From: Bacillales bacterium UBA5348
GTDB lineage: Bacteria; Bacillota_I; Bacilli_A; RF39; UBA660
NCBI GenBank assembly: GCA_002411005.1
Contig: DHQC01000013.1
Coordinates: 68,586 to 132,585, forward strand
DNA length: 64,000 nt
Direction of reading: 5' to 3'
In this document: piece by piece, positions 42,684 to 50,195 of the stretch
Layout: every line of letters starts with the position of its first letter
How positions within the stretch are numbered: the stretch's first letter is position 1
The notes under the pieces: generated by a model
What the model was told of the DNA's origin: nothing
What the model saw: only the letters and a program-made list of their open reading frames with translations
Databases searched by the model: none
Program-made: the position numbers and the translations under genes

Positions 42684-43658
42684 TTAAAAGCTGAAATAAC
42701 TGCCTGTTCCAAGTTTGCAATCACGTCCTGTCAAGTATGAAAGGTTGGGAAATACTTTATATAAAAATTTGATACTTTTTTGGTCAAGTAAAACCTTATC
42801 TACTTCGTTAATTATTTGTTCAGCTTTAGATAGCGCAATTGAATAAAGTTCTATAAAAGAATAATTATAAATATCGTTTTTATCTAGAGGGTGATACCAA
42901 TAGTCTTTGCTTAAGTTTAAATAATAATCATTATTATTTAGTTTAATATTATAGGAGATAACGTCCATTTTAACGTTAAACGGGAACACTTTCATTATCT
43001 TATAGGCACTTTTTTTAAAGCCTGTACGATCATTCCTGAAAATTGAATAAAATGTTTTCATTTGTTTAATAGTTGTTTTATATTTGTTTCCAATTGAATT
43101 CTCATCAAATGTCTTTTTAAAGACAATGTCAATTATTTCTATTAAATTATCGGATACGTTAGTATCTTGAAAACAAAACCGATGACTATTAAAATTATGT
43201 GGTTTAACCTTGCCTCTAACTAGCATAAAATAAGCATCTATATATGCTTCCATTTGATCGTGCCCTCCAAAATACTTATGGGTTGATTTCCTGTTTTTAT
43301 CAAAAATACCAGTTTTATAAAGAACCATAGGGTGAATGGTCATATCTAATACATAGTGAGCTATAAAACCATATAAAAATGCTCTTACTTCAGGATTATT
43401 ATGTAATTTTTTTTGTTTAATAGTATCAACTAAATTAACAAAGAATAATTGAGTTTTATTTTTTTGCATAAAATGTCCGAGTTCTCTAATTCTTTTTCCT
43501 CTCTTTAAATTCATAAGATTATAAAAAAAGAAAACATCAGGTCCTTGTGCAAACACCTTAAATTGTTCCTTAGCAGACTTTAATAGTTTTTGTTTATTAA
43601 CGTCGAAACGATCATATAAATCCATGCTGAAATAAGCATGTGTAATAGTACTAGGCAT
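42684..43658 (-). CDS. zinc-dependent phospholipase C / P1-nuclease-like fold protein (cytoplasmic)
   Basis: 324 aa; THAYFSMDLY near the N-terminus and FLYGFIAHYVLDMTIHPM resemble the Zn-PLC H/D metal ligands; no signal peptide. Confidence 0.4.
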   Translation of the reverse strand: MPSTITHAYFSMDLYDRFDVNKQKLLKSAKEQFKVFAQGPDVFFFYNLMNLKRGKRIRELGHFMQKNKTQLFFVNLVDTIKQKKLHNNPEVRAFLYGFIAHYVLDMTIHPMVLYKTGIFDKNRKSTHKYFGGHDQMEAYIDAYFMLVRGKVKPHNFNSHRFCFQDTNVSDNLIEIIDIVFKKTFDENSIGNKYKTTIKQMKTFYSIFRNDRTGFKKSAYKIMKVFPFNVKMDVISYNIKLNNNDYYLNLSKDYWYHPLDKNDIYNYSFIELYSIALSKAEQIINEVDKVLLDQKSIKFLYKVFPNLSYLTGRDCKLGTGSYFSF

Positions 43659-43748
43659 ATGACACTCCTTTTTACATTATACAATTATAACATAAATAAT
43701 ATTAAAAAAAGGCAGAATATATGTTATAATTTATAGTAGGTGAATGAC

Positions 43749-44681
43749 ATGATTAGAAAAAAAGTTTTTAAAAATTTAGATGAACAAATCGAAATTTTAC
43801 AAAGCAAAGGCCTGACAATTAACGATATAGAAAAAACAAAAGAAATTCTTCTTCGAGAAAATTATTTTTTTATAAGTGGTTATCGTTACATTTTTATGAA
43901 ATCAGTGAAAAATAAGGTTTTCTTAGATGGAACAACATTTGAGGAATTATATGCTTTTTTTACGTTCGATCGCAGCTTACGAAACATATTTTTTAAACAT
44001 TTATTAGTCGTAGAGAATAATTTAAAATCAATTTTTAGTTATCAACTATCTAAACAATATGGTATAAGAGAAAAAGACTATTTAAAAGCTTCAAATTTTA
44101 CAAAAGATATAACGAAAGCAAGGCAGGTCGCTGATGTTCTTCACAAAATGAAGAGACAAGTCAGGGTTAATGGCTCACAGCATTCAGCAACAAGACATTA
44201 TATGATAAATTATGGATATATTCCACTATGGATATTAGTTAAAGTTTTATCTTTTGGTATAATCGGCGAACTATATTGTATTTTAAAACCCGAAGATCAA
44301 CAGGTAATAGCTGATTATTATGATTTAGATGTAGAAAGTTTTATGATATTTTTGCCATTGCTTTCTAATTGTAGAAATTTATGTGCACATGAAGATATTC
44401 TATTTGATCATCGCACCCAAAGATCAATCCTTGATAATGAATATCATTTAAAACTTAAAATACCAATGGAAAATGATGAATATATTTATGGGAAAAACGA
44501 TTTGTTTGCTTATATCCTTATTTTTAAATCAATGTTAAGAGAAGAGGAATTTAGACACTTAGTATATGAAGTAGATTATGAGATAGCTAGATTAGATGGT
44601 AAGGTATCAGTTATCCCTGTTGAGAAAATCTTAAACAGGATAGGATTTCCTAATAATTGGCGTGAAATTGTAGATTTGTAA
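43749..44681 (+). CDS. Abi_2 (AbiD/AbiF-like) abortive-infection family protein
   Basis: ~310 aa; LDEQIEILQSKGLTI, NYFFISGYRY, FDRSLRNIFFKHLLVVENNLKSIFSY match the Abi_2/Abi-alpha family N-terminal signature; AGGTGA RBS. Confidence 0.7.
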   Translation: MIRKKVFKNLDEQIEILQSKGLTINDIEKTKEILLRENYFFISGYRYIFMKSVKNKVFLDGTTFEELYAFFTFDRSLRNIFFKHLLVVENNLKSIFSYQLSKQYGIREKDYLKASNFTKDITKARQVADVLHKMKRQVRVNGSQHSATRHYMINYGYIPLWILVKVLSFGIIGELYCILKPEDQQVIADYYDLDVESFMIFLPLLSNCRNLCAHEDILFDHRTQRSILDNEYHLKLKIPMENDEYIYGKNDLFAYILIFKSMLREEEFRHLVYEVDYEIARLDGKVSVIPVEKILNRIGFPNNWREIVDL

Positions 44682-44693
44682 GGAGGATATTTT

Positions 44694-45782
44694 ATGAGAA
44701 AAAGGATAATTATTAGTATAGTTATAATTTTGACTTTCTTTTTAGGTGGAGCAACTAATTATTTAATTATTAGAGAATTACCTCTACCAACACAAGAGGT
44801 GCAAAAAGTAATTACTGAGCATAAGATTGAGGAAACCGCAACATTTGAAGCTATCGATAAGATTTATGATGCAGTTGTAGTTGTAGAAACATTTAATAAT
44901 GAACAGTCATCATCTAGCGGAACAGGTTTTGTTTATAAAAAGGATGATAAAAAGGGATATATTATAACTAATAATCATGTTGTTACTGGAGCAGATAAAG
45001 TTGAAATCATATTGACTAGTGGGGAAAGAGTCTCTGCAACTGTTCTTGGTAGTGATGATATTGGAGATATCGCAGTTTTAAGCATACCAGCAGATAAAGT
45101 TATTAAAGTTGCTGAAATAGGCAATACAAAAAATACTAAGGTTGGAAGTACTGTTTTTGCAATAGGTGCTCCTATGGGTAGTGAATACAGTGGTACAACT
45201 ACTAGAGGATGTGTTTCTGCTAAAGATAGAATGGTTAGTTTTAGTTTAAGCGATATTGGATCTAACGACATTTTAATGCGCGTTATTCAAACAGATGCTG
45301 CAATTAATCCGGGGAATAGTGGAGGTCCACTTATTAATCTTGCTGGTGAAGTAATAGGTGTTACATCATTAAAATTAGTTCAGGAACAAATAGAAGGAAT
45401 TGGTTTTGCGATTCCTATTGAGGACGCCTTAAAACATATGGATCTACTTGAAAAAGGTGAAAAAATTAAGAGACCTGTTTTAGGTGTACAACTTCTTGAT
45501 TTGGATGAGGTTTATGCTTTGTTTTATAGTAATATATATATCGATGAGCAAGTTAAGACAGGAGCAGTTATTCAAAGTGTTTTAGCTGACACTTCGGCGT
45601 CAGAAGCCGGACTTAGAAAAGGAGACGTTATTTTACAGGTGGGAGACGTTAAAGTTGAAGATAAAGCTGAGTTACGTTATGAATTGTATAAATATAGTGC
45701 TGGAGATAAAATAAAAATCATATATTATCGTGATGGCAAAACAGAAAATGTAGAAGTCATTTTAAAGAGTAGTGATGAATAA
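44694..45782 (+). CDS. htrA: HtrA/DegP-like serine protease (trypsin-like + PDZ)
   Basis: N-terminal TM; catalytic H (ITNNHVV), D, S (GNSGGPLIN); C-terminal PDZ. Confidence 0.85.
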   Translation: MRKRIIISIVIILTFFLGGATNYLIIRELPLPTQEVQKVITEHKIEETATFEAIDKIYDAVVVVETFNNEQSSSSGTGFVYKKDDKKGYIITNNHVVTGADKVEIILTSGERVSATVLGSDDIGDIAVLSIPADKVIKVAEIGNTKNTKVGSTVFAIGAPMGSEYSGTTTRGCVSAKDRMVSFSLSDIGSNDILMRVIQTDAAINPGNSGGPLINLAGEVIGVTSLKLVQEQIEGIGFAIPIEDALKHMDLLEKGEKIKRPVLGVQLLDLDEVYALFYSNIYIDEQVKTGAVIQSVLADTSASEAGLRKGDVILQVGDVKVEDKAELRYELYKYSAGDKIKIIYYRDGKTENVEVILKSSDE

Positions 45783-45843
45783 CACTACTTTTTTTATATC
45801 AAAATGCAATAAAAAGAATACTATATTGTGAGGAGGGATACTT

Positions 45844-47376
45844 ATGATAGTGGTAGATGCTGGTCATGGTGGAAACGATCCTGGTACAAGTGGAAATGGT
45901 ATTATAGAAAAAAATTATACTTTAGATATTTCTAGATATATGGTTAATCGTTTTAATGAACTTGGAGTTCCTGTTACACTTACTAGGGATAGTGATGAGA
46001 CATTAACTCCAGAGGAAAGGGTATCGCGTATATTAAATGCATATGGTGATAGTCCTGAGGTAGTAGTTATATCTAACCACTTAAATGCAGGTGGTGGTGA
46101 TGGGGCGGAGGCAATATATGCACTTAGAAATACGGATACATTATCAAGAATAATTTTAGAAGAAATAGCTAAAGAAGGGCAAAATATAAGAAAATGGTAT
46201 CAACGTCGATTACCATCGGATACATCTAAAGATTATTATTTTATTCATCGTAATACAGGTCAAACAGAGCCTGTTATTGTTGAATATGGTTTTGTAGATA
46301 ATGCTAATGACGCAGAAAAAATTAGAAATAATTGGCAAGATTATGCTGAGGCGGTTGTTAGGGCAGTTGCGCTATATAAAGGGATGCCTTATGATAAAGG
46401 AATAGAAGAGGGTTATTATGTTGTTGAAAGAGGTGATACATTATGGGGTATTGCCAAGAAATTTAATGTTGGTGTTGCTGAATTAAAAGAACTAAACAAT
46501 ATGACTACAAATACAATTGCTGTTGGTCAGTCACTTAAAATACCTGGATATGTTCCGCCAGAACAGGCAAAGACAACTTATGTTGTACAAAGGGGTGACT
46601 CACTATATAGTATTGCTACAGCCTATAATACAACTGTTGATGAGCTTATGAAATTGAATAACTTGACTAGTCCATCCTTGAGTATAGGTCAAGTTCTAAA
46701 TATTCCGTCACCTACTGAGCCAATACCAACACCTGTTCCTAGTGATAATACTTACATGGTAATTAGCGGAGATTCGCTATGGAGTATTGCTAACAGGTTT
46801 GGTGTCACTGTTGGGGAAATAAGAAATTTGAATAATTTACAAAGTGATACGTTAGAGGTGGGGCAAGTACTAATTATACCTATAACGCAACCAACCCTAC
46901 CAAGTGCTACAACTACGTATACTGTAGTTAGTGGAGATAATTTATACTCCATTGCTAATAGATTTGATGTTACAATTGATGAGATAAGAGATCTTAACAA
47001 CCTTACTTCAAACAATTTGAGTATAGGTCAAACCTTATTAATACCTGGAGTCCCAATTGCGACTCCTAGTGATACAACAAAATATATTGTAAAAAGAGGT
47101 GATAGTTTATATTCTATTGCAGGTAGATATAGAACTACACCAGAGGAATTAATCAGAATGAATAATTTAAGTAGCAGTCTTTTGAGTATAGGTCAGGAAC
47201 TGACTGTTCCTGCAGTAGGTTCTGCTGAACCACCAGGTCAAATCTATGTTGTTAGAAGTGGGGATTCATTGTGGAGTATAGCTAATAAATTTGGTACTAC
47301 AGTGAATGATCTTAGAATAGCTAATAATTTAACAATAGACTTATTAAGTATAGGCCAAATCATTCAAATACCTTAA
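45844..47376 (+). CDS. N-acetylmuramoyl-L-alanine amidase (Amidase_3) with six C-terminal LysM repeats
   Basis: VVDAGHGGNDPG amidase motif; six ~50-aa repeats of Y.V..GD.L..IA..F......L...N.L.......GQ.L.IP. Confidence 0.8.
   Translation: MIVVDAGHGGNDPGTSGNGIIEKNYTLDISRYMVNRFNELGVPVTLTRDSDETLTPEERVSRILNAYGDSPEVVVISNHLNAGGGDGAEAIYALRNTDTLSRIILEEIAKEGQNIRKWYQRRLPSDTSKDYYFIHRNTGQTEPVIVEYGFVDNANDAEKIRNNWQDYAEAVVRAVALYKGMPYDKGIEEGYYVVERGDTLWGIAKKFNVGVAELKELNNMTTNTIAVGQSLKIPGYVPPEQAKTTYVVQRGDSLYSIATAYNTTVDELMKLNNLTSPSLSIGQVLNIPSPTEPIPTPVPSDNTYMVISGDSLWSIANRFGVTVGEIRNLNNLQSDTLEVGQVLIIPITQPTLPSATTTYTVVSGDNLYSIANRFDVTIDEIRDLNNLTSNNLSIGQTLLIPGVPIATPSDTTKYIVKRGDSLYSIAGRYRTTPEELIRMNNLSSSLLSIGQELTVPAVGSAEPPGQIYVVRSGDSLWSIANKFGTTVNDLRIANNLTIDLLSIGQIIQIP
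46420..47370 (+). repeat. six tandem LysM-encoding repeats (~150 nt each) within the amidase gene
   Basis: periodic protein repeat visible in translation. Confidence 0.7.
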
Positions 47377-47475
47377 AAGATGAGAAATCATCTTTTTTAT
47401 AAATCATACTTTATTGTTTGACAAATAGTAGAAAAAAATGCTATTATAAATTTGGTTATTTTAAAAATTATTTAT

Positions 47476-47549
47476 GCAGATGTGGTTCAATGGTAGAATG
47501 CCACCTTGCCAAGGTGGAGACGCGGGTCCGATTCCCGTCATTTGCTCCA
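47476..47549 (+). tRNA. tRNA-Gly (anticodon GCC)
   Basis: GCAGATGTGGTTCAATGGTAGAATGCCACCTTGCCAAGGTGGAGACGCGGGTCCGATTCCCGTCATTTGCTCCA; 7-bp acceptor stem, anticodon loop cTTGCCAa, encoded CCA. Confidence 0.85.
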
Positions 47550-47550
47550 A

Positions 47551-47590
47551 ACGAAAGCAAACCCTTATAAAATAAGGGTTTTTTATCTTG
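47551..47590 (+). terminator. rho-independent terminator after tRNA-Gly
   Basis: aaacccttataaaataagggtttttt. Confidence 0.7.
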
Positions 47591-47600
47591 AAATGTTGTT

Positions 47601-47620
47601 TAGGTACTAACTAGGTACTA
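47601..47620 (+). repeat. tandem 9-mer taggtacta-ac-taggtacta (left-end subterminal repeat)
   Basis: seen directly; the same dimer recurs at 49993-50012. Confidence 0.7.
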
Positions 47621-47895
47621 TGTTCATCTTATTTCACTATATTTTTTGGTTGTATTTAACTATTTTTAAAGCAAATGTATGTATTTTGCACCACCTCATA
47701 TAATATGATGATTTAAATTTTCAAACCCCCTATTTTGCACCGAATGATGAATAGTCCTTAGAATACTAGACTTTTTTATTTTGTATGTTATATTTATGCT
47801 AAAAATTTGTAAAATAATCTTTAATTGATAATAATAAGGGTAGTATAAAACTACTCTTTAATAAAAATAAGAATAGAATAAGGTAGGTGAATAGA

Positions 47896-48453
47896 ATGAC
47901 AAACATTTTTAAATTAATTTACAAGAGGCTGAAAAAAATGTATAATAGAAATACAAGTATGCGTGAGGTGATAGGTGTGTTTGATGTTAAAGAATTAGCT
48001 TGTTACATAAAAAAACAATATTTTGACTTTGCAAGCGAGGAAATATCTCCAATTAAATTACAAAAATCTCTATATTTTCTTTTTGCATATTGGGGTGGCT
48101 TTGTTCAAAAAGGTATAAATAACCCAGATTTTTCTGAAGAAAAGTTTTCTGAGAACGATAGGTATTTATATAATGCGAGAATAGAAGCTTGGATTTATGG
48201 ACCAGTTATTCCAGATGTATATCGAGATATCAACCTAGATAGCCATTGTAATGATAATTTGTTTGATACTCGAGATGATATAAAAAAATATGTAGATGAT
48301 TTTTTGAGAGATACGTTTGAAGTGAGTGACTTTAAATTAGTAGAATCTGCGCATAATGATGAGGCCTGGAAAAGCAAATTTTCTCTTTCTAATGAATTTC
48401 ACAATAGAGAAATTGATAAAGAGGAACTTATAAACGAGTATGCACTTAAGTAA
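47896..48453 (+). CDS. Panacea-domain (DUF4065) protein, putative PanA/SocA-like antitoxin
   Basis: FDVKELACYIKK...ISPIKLQKSLYFLFAYWGG...IEAWIYGPVIPDVYRD matches the Panacea domain core (KLQKLLY ... AW..GPV...VY); ATG at 47896 after AGGTAGGTG. Confidence 0.65.
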   Translation: MTNIFKLIYKRLKKMYNRNTSMREVIGVFDVKELACYIKKQYFDFASEEISPIKLQKSLYFLFAYWGGFVQKGINNPDFSEEKFSENDRYLYNARIEAWIYGPVIPDVYRDINLDSHCNDNLFDTRDDIKKYVDDFLRDTFEVSDFKLVESAHNDEAWKSKFSLSNEFHNREIDKEELINEYALK

Positions 48454-48979
48454 TAGTATTTATTCTCATCAAAATCGCACAAAATTCGGTGGTCCCATTC
48501 AAGAAAGATTCGCTGAAAAAACAAAGAAGATAGACTTTACTTTCGCTTTGAGTTCGTTCAGATACCCAGAGGAATTTTTTACAAACTTTTCCAAAAGTGA
48601 TAATTTTGGTAGATTTCAGAAATTGAAGGGAATATATTTGGAAAACGAAGAGGGAAAGGACATATTAAAAAAATTTAGAAGACGCTATGTTGAAAATATT
48701 GATAAACATTATTTTGATAGAATAATAAGAATACTAAATTACCATAATAGATTTAATATCACAGAAGAGCAAGTAGTAAATATGTTAAAATGTAAATATA
48801 GGGAAGATCCTCGGATACAATTATTCATTATGAGCGATAATGGCGTTTCGAAAGTATATTTAGTTGATCTACACCACTTGGGATTTCCAGGAGATGCAGA
48901 TGGTCGTCGCTATGATATGAATGATATGTATAGAAAGTTTGAAAATGCAGAATACAATATTTCACATATATTAGATTAG
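48440..48979 (+). CDS. hypothetical protein overlapping the Panacea gene by 14 nt; candidate cognate toxin
   Basis: 179 aa, no TM, no recognisable domain; possible Rx4H (RILNYH) motif; translationally coupled arrangement. Confidence 0.4.
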   Translation: MHLSNSIYSHQNRTKFGGPIQERFAEKTKKIDFTFALSSFRYPEEFFTNFSKSDNFGRFQKLKGIYLENEEGKDILKKFRRRYVENIDKHYFDRIIRILNYHNRFNITEEQVVNMLKCKYREDPRIQLFIMSDNGVSKVYLVDLHHLGFPGDADGRRYDMNDMYRKFENAEYNISHILD

Positions 48980-49010
48980 ATATAATTAGTTAGCTAGTAT
49001 TTTTATTGTT

Positions 49011-49040
49011 GACAAGCATAAAATATAGAGTATAATAAGT
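49011..49040 (+). promoter_or_regulatory. near-consensus sigma-A promoter inside the islet
   Basis: ttgaca-17-tataat; a second extended -10 (tgtggtataat) ~49122-49134; AT-rich direct repeats (atgaaaatgta / atgtaaaaatgtg) lie between them. Confidence 0.5.
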
Positions 49041-49161
49041 GAAACCGCGTAACATATGAAAATGTACATAATTTTATATGTAAAAATGTGTAAAAAAGAG
49101 ATTTTTATTAATTTTTCGATTTTGTGGTATAATATAATTATAATAATAGGGAGGAATAACT

Positions 49162-49326
49162 ATGAAAGAAAAAAAGGACTTTGTTTCTTTACGCCTAGAA
49201 AAAGAAGAATTGGCTAAGAAACTACGTCCAAATATTAAAAAAGTAGATGAAAGTGATCCTCAACTTAGTATTATGCTAAAATCATTTGAGAAAGATGACT
49301 GCAAAGAATATAGAAAGCTTTTGTAG
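49162..49326 (+). CDS. small (54 aa) putative ribbon-helix-helix-like protein, candidate antitoxin
   Basis: MKEKKDFVSLRLEKEELAKKL...; GGGAGGAA RBS; not in the ORF track (under 60 aa); directly upstream of the MazF-like ORF. Confidence 0.4.
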   Translation: MKEKKDFVSLRLEKEELAKKLRPNIKKVDESDPQLSIMLKSFEKDDCKEYRKLL

Positions 49327-49336
49327 GAGGTTGTTT

Positions 49337-49810
49337 ATGCAAGTTGGACAAGTTATATTGATTAATAATATTGATAAAATAGGTGGCGCGCCACAAAAGT
49401 CTTCTATAAGACCTGCCATAATTAGGGAAATTTATGCACCAAATTTGATAGATGTTAGATTAGTATCAACTATCTATGTTAATGGCGATGTAAAAGCACA
49501 AAGTCTTGAAGAAGCCAGTGAAGCTATAAAAAATAATTTAAGAGGGCTTTTCCCACACTGCGAGCAATATATTATTATCACACCAGAGGAAAAAGGAATT
49601 TTGAACTTTAGTTATGTTTATGGAAATATGTATACCGACATAATAAACACCGATAAAACAGAAATTACTATTCTTAAAGATAGAAAAACAAATGTTCCTT
49701 TTGTAATAAGTAGCGATGTTAAGGCCAAGATAGAAGAAAAAGAAATAGAAGCAATGATAAAGGATATAATAAAGCAATATGATATAGAGTACAAAAAAAT
49801 AAACAGATAG
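49337..49810 (+). CDS. MazF/PemK-like (CcdB/MazF fold) protein with an internal insertion, candidate endoribonuclease toxin
   Basis: MQVGQVILINNIDKIGGAPQKSSIRPAIIREIY...IDVRLVST aligns with MazF's [29 protein letters not shown]...AIVAAIT. The C-terminus SSDVKAKIEEKEIEAMI aligns with MazF's DEMMDKVDEAL. AGGAGG RBS before the ATG at 49337. Confidence 0.5.
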   Translation: MQVGQVILINNIDKIGGAPQKSSIRPAIIREIYAPNLIDVRLVSTIYVNGDVKAQSLEEASEAIKNNLRGLFPHCEQYIIITPEEKGILNFSYVYGNMYTDIINTDKTEITILKDRKTNVPFVISSDVKAKIEEKEIEAMIKDIIKQYDIEYKKINR

Positions 49811-49835
49811 TGTCAACGAAGAATTTGATGAAAAC

Positions 49836-49866
49836 AAAAAAACAATGTTAGTATAGATTGTTTTTT
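49836..49866 (+). terminator. rho-independent terminator after the MazF-like gene
   Basis: aacaatgttagtatagattgtt + T8. Confidence 0.6.
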
Positions 49867-49922
49867 TTGATTTATAGGAATATCTCAATTATACCTCGAA
49901 CAATACATTAGGAGGTGGAATC

Positions 49923-49979
49923 ATGTTTGAATTAATTAGTGATGCAGAGTTGATGATATATATGTTAGAACTAGAATAA
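49923..49979 (+). other. 18-codon mini-ORF (MFELISDAELMIYMLELE) with a strong RBS, followed by a perfect 9-bp palindrome
   Basis: AGGAGGTGG 5 nt before the ATG; gaactagaa-taat-ttctagttc hairpin (49964-49985) overlaps the stop codon. Confidence 0.3.
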
Positions 49980-49992
49980 TTTCTAGTTCTTT

Positions 49993-50012
49993 TAGGTACT
50001 ATTTAGGTACTA
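49993..50012 (+). repeat. tandem 9-mer taggtacta-tt-taggtacta (right-end subterminal repeat)
   Basis: copy of the motif at 47601-47620, same orientation. Confidence 0.7.
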
Positions 50013-50116
50013 AAAAACAAGATTGATGCGTGTTGGTAAATTATAACGAGTAAGCAAACCTTTTAAAATCAACGTGTTAATGGTGGATAGTAGTGCGAAA
50101 TGATGTATCTTTAAAA

Positions 50117-50175
50117 TCCCGTCATTTGCTCCAAATGAAAGTAAGCCCTTATAAAATAAGGCTTTTTTATATTTG
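50117..50175 (+). repeat. direct repeat of the tRNA-Gly 3' end + terminator (attR-like)
   Basis: tcccgtcatttgctccaaatgaaagtaagcccttataaaataaggcttttttat versus tcccgtcatttgctccaaacgaaagcaaacccttataaaataagggttttttat at 47533. Confidence 0.75.
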
Positions 50176-50195
50176 GAGGGTTTGCTTTACTTTTT

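Larger units (their letters stand above)
47533..50175 (+). mobile_element. putative integrase-less integrative islet at the tRNA-Gly 3' end, bounded by ~58-bp direct repeats
   Basis: 47533-47590 (tRNA 3' 17 nt + terminator) is repeated with 4-5 mismatches at 50117-50175; paired taggtactaNNtaggtacta motifs lie just inside each end; cargo is TA-like genes, no integrase or recombinase ORF. Confidence 0.5.

Noticed and set aside
49538-49888. 116-aa - strand ORF (Tyr/Phe-rich)
   Set aside because: Antisense to the MazF-like gene; extremely low-complexity hydrophobic translation; no RBS.
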